This document shows positions 55,036 to 63,889 of a DNA stretch of 64,000 bases, in pieces. The notes beneath the pieces were generated by a model. That model was given only the letters and a program-made list of their open reading frames with translations. It was not told the origin of the DNA and did no database searches. The DNA lies in the IMG/VR virus record IMGVR_UViG_3300030107_007542, positions 96,001-160,000 of that record; one strand, 5' to 3'. The first letter of the stretch is position 1. Each line of letters begins with the position of its first letter. Origin of the DNA: a virus. The translations under genes were made by a program, and so were the position numbers.

Positions 55036-56335
55036 TTGGACAGTTGGCGACCTGGAGATGTGGGACAACAAAATATGCAAGGTTGCTACAGATTTTGATC
55101 TAGATTGGTTCCCCATCGACTATGAAATCATAGATTATCAAGAAATGCTGGGAGCTATGGCTTATACTGGTATTCCGACCCACTACCGCCACTGGTCCTA
55201 TGGAAAAGAATACGAGCGCACACATACTCTTTATAACATGGGGCAGACTGGTCTTCCCTATGAGATGATCATCAATTCTAACCCGAGTATTGCATACCTG
55301 ATGCGTGAAAATCCTTTGTACATTCACGTACTGACGATGGCACACTGTGTGGGACATAGTGACTTTTTTAAACAAAATCGCATGTTTGCCCACACCAATC
55401 CCGACAACGTCATGAGTACTTTTAAGGCAGCTGCAAAGTATGTTAGGCAGCTTATTGAGGATCCTTCAATTGGAATTGAAAAGGTTGAGCGCATTCTGGA
55501 TGCTGCACATGCCATTAAATACCAGGTCCCGCGCTATCCTGGGATCACTTATAAAACAAGAGAAGAGTGGGTGGCGATCGAGCGTAAAAAACAACAGAAA
55601 GATCCCACCTATCAAGTAGATCTAAAAAAATACCCTCATGAGCCAGAGTATAACCTACTGCTTTTTATAGCCAACAATAGTCGAAACCTTGAAGACTGGG
55701 AACGAAACTTATTGATGATCGTAGAAGAAAACTCACAGTATTTCATTCCTCAGGCACTTACGAAGATAATGAATGAGGGGTGGGCTTGCACTATTCATCA
55801 AAAGATTATCAATGAATTGAATCTTCCGGACAAGCTATATTTACCCTTTATTAAATTACACAACCAAGTGGTACGCCCCCACTTGGGTACTGTCAATCCT
55901 TACCATTTAGGGTTTGAATTATTCAAGAAGATTATCGAAGAGCACGGTTTTGAAGAAGCGATGCTAATTCGCGAAACACATAATGATATTACCTTTTTGA
56001 GAACCTATTTAGATCAAGAGTTTCTTATGGATCAAAATCTTTTTAGTTATTCATTTAAATCGGCTTACAAATCAAGTACAATTGATGATATATCAGATGA
56101 AGGTGGCTGGGAGCGCATCAGGGATGCTCTTATCTCTAACGTAGGGTTGAACCGCGTACCTGTTGTGTTTGTAATGGAAATGAATAAGGATCACAAATTA
56201 ACCTTAGTTCATGAACATGATGGTAGAGATCTAGATGTGCCTTATGCACAAAAAGTTTTTGATTACATAAAAGACCTTTGGGGAGATGAGATAGTACTTC
56301 TCTCTCAGATAGAGGGCGAAACATGGGAGTTTTAG
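55028..56335 (+). CDS. ycgB: SpoVR family protein
   Basis: YTGIPTHYRHWSYGK, LPYEMIINSNP, AHCVGHSDFF, TKIMNEGWA, NPYHLG. Start ATG 55028 overlaps the end of yeaH. Confidence 0.9.
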   Translation: MSNWTVGDLEMWDNKICKVATDFDLDWFPIDYEIIDYQEMLGAMAYTGIPTHYRHWSYGKEYERTHTLYNMGQTGLPYEMIINSNPSIAYLMRENPLYIHVLTMAHCVGHSDFFKQNRMFAHTNPDNVMSTFKAAAKYVRQLIEDPSIGIEKVERILDAAHAIKYQVPRYPGITYKTREEWVAIERKKQQKDPTYQVDLKKYPHEPEYNLLLFIANNSRNLEDWERNLLMIVEENSQYFIPQALTKIMNEGWACTIHQKIINELNLPDKLYLPFIKLHNQVVRPHLGTVNPYHLGFELFKKIIEEHGFEEAMLIRETHNDITFLRTYLDQEFLMDQNLFSYSFKSAYKSSTIDDISDEGGWERIRDALISNVGLNRVPVVFVMEMNKDHKLTLVHEHDGRDLDVPYAQKVFDYIKDLWGDEIVLLSQIEGETWEF

Positions 56336-56336
56336 C

Positions 56337-58271
56337 ATGGGAGTAACAAACAAGTTTCTGGAAACGATCCAGGCACACAAGGAGGGCGCCAAAAAAGAAA
56401 AGTTTGATGGCCTTCTCCAAGATTACTTAGAACTTATTGAAAACGGCGACGTCAAGCCGGTATTGGCTCACAAGCGCCTGTACGATGGCATCCTCTCGTA
56501 TGGCATGGAGACGCTAGACGAGTCTGACAGTCGATGCAATAAGATCTTCGACGGCGAGCCAGTGCGTATTTATGATTATTTTGCATCTCAATTCTTTGGC
56601 ATGGAGCGCTCTTTAGAGAAAGTAATGCGATTCCTCCATTCTGCTGCCATGAAGGGAGAGGAAAGTCGACAGGTCTTGCTACTTCTGGGCCCTGTAGGCG
56701 CCGGAAAGTCAGCTCTCGTAGAACACATCAAGAGCGCCCTGGAGAAGCTTGACCCGGTTTATACTCTCAAGGGTTGTCCAATTCAAGAAGAGCCGCTCCA
56801 CTTGATCCCTCGCTCTCTAAGAGCAGAGTTTGAGGAGTTGTACAACGTCAAGATTGAAGGAGACCTTTGCCCGGTCTGTCGACACCGACTTTTAAAAGAA
56901 TACGAGGGGGACTACACACGATTTCCCATTACTGAGGTCTCATTCTCAATTCGCGGCCGTAAGGGTGTCGGCGTCGTGCCTCCCATGGATCCGAACACTC
57001 AAGACACAAGCCTCCTCATTGGCTCCGAAGATATTTCAAAACTAGATCTCTATCCGGAGGACGACCCCCGCGTACTTAGCCTTAATGGTGCTTTTAATGT
57101 AGGTAATCGAGGTATCGTCGAGTTTGTCGAGGTCTTTAAAAACGAAATTGAATTCCTTCATACCATGATCACAGCCACGCAGGAAAAGAGTGTTCCATCG
57201 CCAGGCAAACAGGCTATGATTTATTTTGATGGCGTCATTCTAGCTCACTGTAATGAAGCAGAGTGGAACAAGTTTAAATCTGAACATACCAACGAAGCTA
57301 TCCTGGATCGAATTGTGAGGGTGAATGTTCCTTACTGTTTAGAGTACGAGCAGGAAGTAAAGATTTATGAAAAGCTCCTTGGCCGCTCAGATTATCGGTG
57401 TCATATCGCGCCGCACACACTAGAGGTAGCCGCAATGTTCGCTGTTCTGTCGCGACTACACTCCTCCAATAAAGCTGACCCCTTGACCAAGATGAAAATC
57501 TACAACGGTGAGGAAATCATTGAAAAGGGTCTCATTCGTAAAATTGATATTAAAGATCTTCGTGAAGAAGTAGAAGACGAAGGAATGACAGGAATCTCTA
57601 CTCGCTTTATCATGAAAGCCATTGATGCCGCACTAGCCGACTCCACTAAAGATATGATCACTCCCATATCGATTCGGGATGCTCTGATTAAACAGGTAAA
57701 AGAACAGATTACCAATTCGGACGCCAAGAAGACATATCTCTCATATCTTCAGAAAACACTTCATGAGGAATATCTAACAATCCTTGAGAAGGAAATTACC
57801 AAGGCATTTGTTACAGCTTATGAAGAGCAAGCTGAGTCCCTCTTTAACAACTACCTTGATCACGCCGAGGCCTATGTTAATAACACCAAGGTAAAGGATA
57901 AAGTTACCAGCGAAGACATGGAACCCGATGAGAAGTTCCTCCAATCAATTGAGGAGCAGATCGGCATTAAGGGTTCTGCCAAGAACAACTTCCGAGCTGA
58001 CATTACCTCCTACATGTTTTCAAAGTTGCGGCGAGGAGAAGCAATTGACTGGCGTTCTTATGGTCCTCTAAGGGAGGCGATTGAAACAAAGCTTGTTGCA
58101 TCGGTGCGAGACATTTCTCGAATTATCACAAAGTCTAAGTCGCGCGATACCAAGCAGCAACGTAAGTTCAGCTCAATGGTTCAGACCTTAATTGACAATT
58201 ATGGTTATAATGAAGATTCAGCCGAAGAAGTGATAAAGTTTGCTAGCAACAATCTTTGGAGAGACTCTTAA
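56337..58271 (+). CDS. yeaG: PrkA/YeaG AAA+ serine kinase-like protein
   Basis: LLLLGPVGAGKS (Walker A), GCPIQEEPL, NRGIVEFVEVFK, ILAHCNEAEW, GMTGISTRF. Confidence 0.92.
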   Translation: MGVTNKFLETIQAHKEGAKKEKFDGLLQDYLELIENGDVKPVLAHKRLYDGILSYGMETLDESDSRCNKIFDGEPVRIYDYFASQFFGMERSLEKVMRFLHSAAMKGEESRQVLLLLGPVGAGKSALVEHIKSALEKLDPVYTLKGCPIQEEPLHLIPRSLRAEFEELYNVKIEGDLCPVCRHRLLKEYEGDYTRFPITEVSFSIRGRKGVGVVPPMDPNTQDTSLLIGSEDISKLDLYPEDDPRVLSLNGAFNVGNRGIVEFVEVFKNEIEFLHTMITATQEKSVPSPGKQAMIYFDGVILAHCNEAEWNKFKSEHTNEAILDRIVRVNVPYCLEYEQEVKIYEKLLGRSDYRCHIAPHTLEVAAMFAVLSRLHSSNKADPLTKMKIYNGEEIIEKGLIRKIDIKDLREEVEDEGMTGISTRFIMKAIDAALADSTKDMITPISIRDALIKQVKEQITNSDAKKTYLSYLQKTLHEEYLTILEKEITKAFVTAYEEQAESLFNNYLDHAEAYVNNTKVKDKVTSEDMEPDEKFLQSIEEQIGIKGSAKNNFRADITSYMFSKLRRGEAIDWRSYGPLREAIETKLVASVRDISRIITKSKSRDTKQQRKFSSMVQTLIDNYGYNEDSAEEVIKFASNNLWRDS

Positions 58272-58672
58272 GAGAAATCGGCGGTTTGTTTGCGATACTT
58301 CTGTCGCACCTTTTGCGAAATGGGAATAGCTTCCCCGTCACCATCAATTCGTACAAAGGTCATTTGCGTACTAACCACAGAGCGTTGTGTACCATTATAC
58401 ACCGAATGCCTTCTGGCTTCCATGTTTAATGTAAGAGAAGTTTTCCCCACCTTAGCAACCTCTCCGTAGATTTTAATAATCTGTCCTGGTCGACATGGCT
58501 TTTCAAAGGTAAGACTACCAATGTGCTTAGTAACCATTCTAGGGGTATCGGCCGCCTGAGCTGCAAAAGCCGCGGCAGCCTCATCAAGCCACGCAAGCAT
58601 TACTCCGCCAAAAAGGTTTCCATGGTACCCTACGTCTTGAGTCTTAACAAAGTGTGTTGAAATTAGTTCCAT
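58268..58672 (-). CDS. Acyl-CoA thioesterase (hotdog fold, YciA-like)
   Basis: DVGYHGNLFGGVMLAWLDEAA, VGKTS, TFVRID. Confidence 0.88.
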   Translation of the reverse strand: MELISTHFVKTQDVGYHGNLFGGVMLAWLDEAAAAFAAQAADTPRMVTKHIGSLTFEKPCRPGQIIKIYGEVAKVGKTSLTLNMEARRHSVYNGTQRSVVSTQMTFVRIDGDGEAIPISQKVRQKYRKQTADFS

Positions 58673-58864
58673 TTAGCTAGTCGTTTCTGGATTCTTGCCT
58701 AATACAATAAGGCCTGAGCGCTTACTCCACTCATATGAATGGTGAGGCGCGGTCCAACGAACCCGAATCCATGGGTCCTTCGGATCGAGATCGCCGAAAA
58801 TATCGACAACAAATCCTATCCTTTTTTCAAATCGTGTTGATTGCACAAGGTCGCCTATCTGCAT
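58673..58864 (-). CDS. Small SH3-like hypothetical protein
   Basis: MQIGDLV...GFVV..VRW pattern; CTATTTA motif upstream. Confidence 0.6.
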   Translation of the reverse strand: MQIGDLVQSTRFEKRIGFVVDIFGDLDPKDPWIRVRWTAPHHSYEWSKRSGLIVLGKNPETTS

Positions 58865-58888
58865 ACACTAAATAGCTACATCGAGTCG

Positions 58889-59323
58889 TTAATGGAAAGT
58901 ATTATCATCAGAGTCCGTATTAAAAAGATCTGTCATGAGAGAGGCTGAGGGATCCGACGAAGGAACATCAGAATCGTTTAGCGCCAAGACAAGATCTTGA
59001 GTATTGACATCGACGTAAACCGCCACATAAGATGCTTTATCGAGCGTTTCGAAATCGTGAGAAGTAAGACGAACGGCCCCCATCTTTTTAATAAGGACAG
59101 TTACAATGGTAGCCAACAGGGCCGGCTCAGCCAGTAGATCCGAAACATCCGGACTCGGTAATTTTTTTGCGGTAGTTTTTTTGAGAGTAGCTAAGCTTTT
59201 GTCTAATTCTTCTCCCACTTCCACCAAAAGGGCCCGTTGACGATTGAATTGTATCGCTCGGACGCAGAAGAAAAGAATTGATAGGACTAAGAAAACAAGA
59301 AGTCCGACATTGATGGCAGTCAC
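58889..59323 (-). CDS. Hypothetical membrane-anchored protein
   Basis: N-terminal TM (VGLLVFLVLSILFFCV); AGGAG SD. Confidence 0.65.
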   Translation of the reverse strand: MTAINVGLLVFLVLSILFFCVRAIQFNRQRALLVEVGEELDKSLATLKKTTAKKLPSPDVSDLLAEPALLATIVTVLIKKMGAVRLTSHDFETLDKASYVAVYVDVNTQDLVLALNDSDVPSSDPSASLMTDLFNTDSDDNTFH

Positions 59324-59577
59324 AGTGGTGCTCCTAAAGGTACATAGTCAAAAATCCGCGATTTTTTTATCGCAAAATTTTTCCCCACCCGCATTCACAG
59401 TATACCGGATTAATACCGGTGATTAAAGTGAATACCAGCACATATCTCCCAGAATAAGATATAAACCGACACAGTGTAGATGGTTGTCCCAAACATGTTT
59501 TGACCGCCAAGACTAAAAAGAATACCTAAGTTCACTTGGGCGCCCTTAGAGACAGACAGGAAAGGGCGTATCATCGT

Positions 59578-59685
59578 CTAAAAAAGCACAGTAAGTATGC
59601 GCGCCCCAGATCCAACAATAATGGCACAGCAGAGCCAGAACACAACGTAAGTAACATCTTCATGTGATTTCAAGAATGCGCGCAT
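59578..59685 (-). CDS. Small membrane peptide
   Basis: Manual translation MRAFLKSHEDVTYVVFWLCCAIIVGSGARILTVLF; CTACTTA motif 9 nt upstream. Confidence 0.45.
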   Translation of the reverse strand: MRAFLKSHEDVTYVVFWLCCAIIVGSGARILTVLF

Positions 59686-59778
59686 AACAGACATAAGTAG
59701 GCGTTATTATAACATATCACCCAATTAATGTGTTGTGGAGATATGCACGAGTTGTGCCAAAATCACGAAAAGGCGAAA

Positions 59779-60072
59779 TTAGTCCCCAGAATCCTTACGC
59801 CGGCGAGTTCTGAATCGGTCTAGGCGCGTTCTCCTGCTTTGCGCGCGGAGGGATTGCTTAGGATACATGCTGAAGAATGCTTCCCGGGCCTCGTCGACAG
59901 TTGGTAGCTCAGCTGGAAACTCCCCTAATTGATCAGAATCGTCGTTTTGATTAGGGTTCGCCTTAGGGGAGGTAACCTTCCTAGCCGCTCTCCACGCAAA
60001 GTAGACCAGTAGGCCTCCCGGTATCAGTACCGCGGCGATAAACGCTAGTGTGTGGACGACCGGATTCGTCAT
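59779..60072 (-). CDS. Hypothetical membrane-anchored protein
   Basis: TLAFIAAVLIPGGLLVYFAW TM segment and a basic tail. Confidence 0.65.
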   Translation of the reverse strand: MTNPVVHTLAFIAAVLIPGGLLVYFAWRAARKVTSPKANPNQNDDSDQLGEFPAELPTVDEAREAFFSMYPKQSLRAQSRRTRLDRFRTRRRKDSGD

Positions 60073-60083
60073 TGCGTCTCATT

Positions 60084-60230
60084 CTACCCCCGCTTCTTCA
60101 CCTGCTCGACTAGTGGCTCTATGACTGTGGTCCATCCCACTTGCATCATGCCTGCTATAGCGAAGATCCATAGGATGCTTAAGCCCGTCATACCGGCCAC
60201 GATCAGTACTTCCTGTAATATGTCTGTCAT
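60084..60230 (-). CDS. Small membrane peptide
   Basis: Manual translation MTDILQEVLIVAGMTGLSILWIFAIAGMMQVGWTTVIEPLVEQVKKRG. Upstream ATAATTAGGAT-ATG is identical to the context of the gene starting at 1291. Confidence 0.6.
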   Translation of the reverse strand: MTDILQEVLIVAGMTGLSILWIFAIAGMMQVGWTTVIEPLVEQVKKRG

Positions 60231-60357
60231 ATCCTAATTATGGCGCTATCAAGCTTAATTTTGCTTATTTTCGAAAAAGTCTCAAAAAATGGGCCGCGTA
60301 TCATGAACGTACTTAGGGCATTACTTACGACCCGGTTAGTTGCATGGCACATACATT

Positions 60358-60388
60358 GGGGGCACCAGGGGGGAGGGGGGGTCCCCCC
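60358..60388. other. G-tract/C-tract element in non-coding DNA
   Basis: G5-CACCA-G6-A-G7-T-C6. Confidence 0.6.
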
Positions 60389-60479
60389 TATATGTCAAGA
60401 AGTTGTCATGTGATTATTTATATCTTTTGACACTCACACTGTGAGTTGTTTGTGTGTGCGTAGTAACTCACGCGAATAC

Positions 60480-60505
60480 AAAAAAGCCCCGGACAATGCC
60501 GGGGC
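60480..60505 (-). terminator. Rho-independent terminator
   Basis: GCCCCGG-CATTGT-CCGGGGC followed by TTTTTT. Confidence 0.85.
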
Positions 60506-60527
60506 AATCTTGCGCGTGACTCACGGG

Positions 60528-60941
60528 CTACTTGTTGTAGCCTCGCTTGTGCAGGACCATAGCGCGGATGTTAAGCTCGACAGACGCGACCTCATCAGCC
60601 GCGAGAAGCTGGGCATTCTCCACGCACTGGCGAAGCTCCTGGACCTTAGCGACGTTCGACGGGTCAACGCCAACGAGCGCACAAGCCGCGATTGCACCGT
60701 CCAGCTTAGACTGAGCAGCCGCAACCTGCGAAGCTGCATCAGCACCGGACGCGGTGAAGTCCAGGTCACGGCGCACGGAAGCCTTGACGGCTTTGACGGT
60801 CGCGGGCTTGCCGTTAAGCATGAGCGCGGAACCCTCGGGGTTCAAGTCGGCGTGGGAGTCTTGAATAAAAGTGAACGCCGTTCCGATGTTGGAGAATGCG
60901 AGGGTCATGTCGGCGGCGGTTGCAAGAAAAATCGTGGTCAT
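60528..60941 (-). CDS. Hypothetical Ala-rich early protein
   Basis: Start MTTIFL after AAAGGA; has its own promoter and terminator. Confidence 0.72.
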   Translation of the reverse strand: MTTIFLATAADMTLAFSNIGTAFTFIQDSHADLNPEGSALMLNGKPATVKAVKASVRRDLDFTASGADAASQVAAAQSKLDGAIAACALVGVDPSNVAKVQELRQCVENAQLLAADEVASVELNIRAMVLHKRGYNK

Positions 60942-60995
60942 TTTATTGTGTCCTTTCAAGACAGTTGGAGCATTCAGCGCCCCTTCATTGTTTAT

Positions 60996-61024
60996 ATAAT
61001 ACCTGACAGAGCCGGGAAAGTCAA
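60996..61024 (-). promoter_or_regulatory. sigma70-type early promoter
   Basis: TTGACT-17 nt-TATTAT(ATAAA). Confidence 0.75.
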
Positions 61025-61298
61025 CACTTTTCTTGTCAAGAGTTTGCAAACTGTTTGTCAGCCCCTTGCGCGTGTTGTTGTTGTGTCGTTCCCTCATCGT
61101 CATACAAGTATTGTACCCGAAAAAATCCCTTTTGTATCGGGCATTATTGTGCCCGGTTGATTGGGGTCGCGGATACTTGTGGGATGCAAGCACCGTGAGC
61201 TTTTGATTAGTTGTATGTTGCAACCGTAACAATTGCATGGCGCAAGCAACTCACAAACAGTTGATTGCATGCCGCATATAACTCACAAAACTCACGGG

Positions 61299-61327
61299 TT
61301 GACATCCGAGGATTGCGCCTGTACTAT
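61299..61327 (+). promoter_or_regulatory. sigma70-type promoter with no downstream plus-strand gene
   Basis: TTGACA-17 nt-TACTAT, immediately after tandem ACTCAC repeats. Confidence 0.55.
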
Positions 61328-61415
61328 ATCATGACATTCGCATACCCACCATTTCCCACATTGATAGCACCACGATAGCAGCGTAAGGTACTAAATACAA
61401 TTCCATCATATCCCC

Positions 61416-62219
61416 CTAAGCCGCTTCTGCCCATTCAACACTACGGGACAATACCTTGATTCGCAGTACATGCCGACTCACTGTACTATAGTGATTGGTA
61501 AAGGGCAAGTCGTAGGATTCCAGGTTGCTTGTGTTAGCAGTCCAGTTTACATTTACTCTACCGTCTCCCGTTACACTCATCACAATACCCAGGACCTTTC
61601 CTGTGTAATCTTCCTTAAACTGATCCAGCTCAATCCTCTCTATTGACACGAGATCTCCTGGCAAGATTTCTGCAACGATTTTCTGTGCCTTTTTCTGTGA
61701 CTTTTTTCCTACCCTTTTATTGAGCGGATAAGTTCTATGGTTTTTTGGTGTAACCTTCTGAGGATTTTTCTGTTGTGCTGTCGGAGACTTTTTCTGAGTG
61801 GTTTTCTTTGTTGTGTTCTGCGACTTTTTCTTGCCGCCCCATGTTGTCCAACACGCATTGGCGCAAACGACGTTGCCGCTCTTTGCTGTAAACTTCTTCG
61901 CCTTGCAATGCTTGCATGTCTTTACAAACTTTTCGGCGGCTTCCTGTGCTTTGATTGTCTTGACAAGGCCGGTGTTGGTTGTGAAGATTTGTGTTGTTAT
62001 CTCGCGCCATGACTTCTGACGATTTACGAAGCAGAGCTTTATCCCAACCTTTCCGACAACTTTTCCTGTCTTGCTGTCAATGCCGGAATCCACAACCACG
62101 CGCACAAACTTTGCTGTTGGGTGCTTGCGGCTATAAATGATGGTTGTGCCTTTGGCGTTCTTCTTGTGTGGAAAGAAGCCTTCGGCCTTCAACATTGCTT
62201 TTCTTTGTACAACTGACAT
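61416..62219 (-). CDS. Highly basic hypothetical protein with Cys4 zinc-finger-like motif
   Basis: CKHC...CANAC, Lys-rich linker, C-terminal SH3-like PGDLV segment. Confidence 0.65.
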   Translation of the reverse strand: MSVVQRKAMLKAEGFFPHKKNAKGTTIIYSRKHPTAKFVRVVVDSGIDSKTGKVVGKVGIKLCFVNRQKSWREITTQIFTTNTGLVKTIKAQEAAEKFVKTCKHCKAKKFTAKSGNVVCANACWTTWGGKKKSQNTTKKTTQKKSPTAQQKNPQKVTPKNHRTYPLNKRVGKKSQKKAQKIVAEILPGDLVSIERIELDQFKEDYTGKVLGIVMSVTGDGRVNVNWTANTSNLESYDLPFTNHYSTVSRHVLRIKVLSRSVEWAEAA

Positions 62220-62220
62220 T

Positions 62221-62448
62221 TTATACCTCGCTCATAAGTTCAAGTTCGCTGACGTATTCTTCTGTTGTTCGCTGGCCGTCTCTTGTTTGCCATGTGAACC
62301 ATTGGACTGCAACTACATGCGCGCCATTTGCGTTTACCTGAAGAATCTTTACTACTGTTCCGGGATCATTGTCTTGATGGATAACGTGGGTTCTGACCAC
62401 ATCGCCAACCTTCAAAATGGGCTGTCCCCATGCGTCTTTTTTTCTCAT
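62221..62448 (-). CDS. Small SH3/KOW-like protein
   Basis: KVGDVVR...GTVVKI..VQWF; start ATG 62448 in an ATGA overlap. Confidence 0.6.
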   Translation of the reverse strand: MRKKDAWGQPILKVGDVVRTHVIHQDNDPGTVVKILQVNANGAHVVAVQWFTWQTRDGQRTTEEYVSELELMSEV

Positions 62449-62714
62449 CCTATGCTTCCCTTGTCTTTCCAAATCTCTTCCGCGAATCGCTTGGCGAAAC
62501 GGAGACTGAAGCCGGTTCCGTCAACTTCCTCTTCCTTTCGGGCGGCATGCGCGAAGTTGCGGAGGTGCTTGATGAACTCAATTTTGCCAAAAGCTCGCTT
62601 GTTGGCTCGATGGAGGTTTTGACCCATGTATTGGGCGGAAAGGTGTTCTACTATTTTGATGGTGTTTTCCATTCCCTCCCGGTCTTCGGTATCAAAGACG
62701 ATAACCATCTTCAC
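62445..62714 (-). CDS. Hypothetical protein
   Basis: 89-aa ORF coupled to both neighbours. Confidence 0.65.
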   Translation of the reverse strand: MKMVIVFDTEDREGMENTIKIVEHLSAQYMGQNLHRANKRAFGKIEFIKHLRNFAHAARKEEEVDGTGFSLRFAKRFAEEIWKDKGSIG

Positions 62715-62715
62715 T

Positions 62716-63180
62716 TTAGTTGTCTCCGAAAGCGGTGATGAGGTCTGCCTCGGTCATCCCGAGTTCGGCTAAGGCGGCTTCCCGTCGAAGCTGCTTCTGA
62801 GACTTCGCCTGGACCTTCGGGGTCGGCTTTGCCTTCTTTGGCTTCGGCTTCGGAGCGGGCTTGTCGAGGAAAGAGGGAATGTGGCCGGTGAACGTGCTGG
62901 CTTTTCTCTGCTTTGCACGAACACGAGCAAAGCGCATGCGGCGCTCTGCGCCTGGAATGCCATTCGCGAACTCCTGGTCGCGAGCGTTTGCGCGGGAGTG
63001 GTTATTTGCTCCCCCGTGATGCTCGCACAACCAGTAGTTTTCGTGCTTCTTGCTAATGTTCGCATCGAACACACGGCAGCCACCTGCATGAGTGCAAGTG
63101 ACCCCGTGTGTCGAATCGGCGGCTAGTCGATTTCCGTGTGCGAGGGCGAAAGCATTGTTACCTTTGGGAGTTCGTGCCAT
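62716..63180 (-). CDS. Basic hypothetical early protein with Cys/His motif
   Basis: CTHAGGC...LCEHH; Lys/Pro-rich linker; downstream of a sigma70 promoter. Confidence 0.65.
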   Translation of the reverse strand: MARTPKGNNAFALAHGNRLAADSTHGVTCTHAGGCRVFDANISKKHENYWLCEHHGGANNHSRANARDQEFANGIPGAERRMRFARVRAKQRKASTFTGHIPSFLDKPAPKPKPKKAKPTPKVQAKSQKQLRREAALAELGMTEADLITAFGDN

Positions 63181-63230
63181 TCTGTGGCTCCTGGCTTTGT
63201 GTGGGCTTCATCGCCCCCCACTGTCTTTAT

Positions 63231-63259
63231 ATAATAGCACGCCCTGATGCGCCTGTCAA
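63231..63259 (-). promoter_or_regulatory. sigma70-type early promoter
   Basis: TTGACA-17 nt-TATTAT(ATAAA) with extended TG. Confidence 0.8.
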
Positions 63260-63267
63260 GCAAAAAA

Positions 63268-63888
63268 TTACCGCGAATCGGCGCTTTCGCGCTTTGTGAT
63301 CTCCGCGACCTTCAACATTGCCTGCTGGCGGAGGGTCTCAAAATCATCCGTATAGTATCGGCGTGAACTTTCCGGCGTCTTGATGGTGCCAAGTCTGAGA
63401 GCAAGGTCAAGCGTGCAATTCGGATGATCCACGAATCGGCGCAAAGTATAAGTCCGCGTTGCTTCCTCTTCGGGCAAATCGGCGTAGATTTCCTCAAGCA
63501 GTGCGCCTGGGGTCTTGCTGGGTCCATTGTTCGACGCCCAATAAGGTCGAGCGAGGAATGCTTGCTGCATTCGCCAGATGGAACGATGATTGTTCTTGAA
63601 ATACTTTCGATAAGTATCAAAGTATTCCTGTTCGGTCAACTCGATGTTTCCACTCGCCAGCATCGTTGCCTTCAAGACGTAACCTCGATGAGCCCACAAT
63701 TCGCGGGCTGCCTCCTGGGTTAGATTACTGTTTCCGGCCAAATACTCCTTTCCCAGTCTGTACCAATGCTTTGCAATCGCCATCTGGGTTTCAGCATCAG
63801 TAAATCGGTTCTTTGCGAGTCCGACAACTTCGCTGTTGTGCATCTTGCTAATGTTGTTCGCATAAGGCGAGCCATAAACTTGTGTCAT
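63268..63888 (-). CDS. Hypothetical helical-repeat protein
   Basis: Start MTQVYG just after the upstream stop; LAKNRF, LAGNSNLT and FVDHPNCT resemble leucine-rich-variant repeats. Confidence 0.6.
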   Translation of the reverse strand: MTQVYGSPYANNISKMHNSEVVGLAKNRFTDAETQMAIAKHWYRLGKEYLAGNSNLTQEAARELWAHRGYVLKATMLASGNIELTEQEYFDTYRKYFKNNHRSIWRMQQAFLARPYWASNNGPSKTPGALLEEIYADLPEEEATRTYTLRRFVDHPNCTLDLALRLGTIKTPESSRRYYTDDFETLRQQAMLKVAEITKRESADSR

Positions 63889-63889
63889 T

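Larger units (their letters stand above)
60432..61295. repeat. Dispersed ACTCAC hexamer repeats
   Basis: ACTCAC at 60432, 60466, 60519, 61249, 61281 and 61290; inverted GTGAGT at 60441. All sites are intergenic. Confidence 0.55.

Noticed and set aside
103-63723. Many 60-200-aa ORFs in the track, mostly on the plus strand (e.g. 8075-8590, 9371-9910, 42832-43713, 48803-49399, 60441-61160)
   Set aside because: They are antisense or alternate-frame shadows of well-supported genes, with no motifs or start signals.
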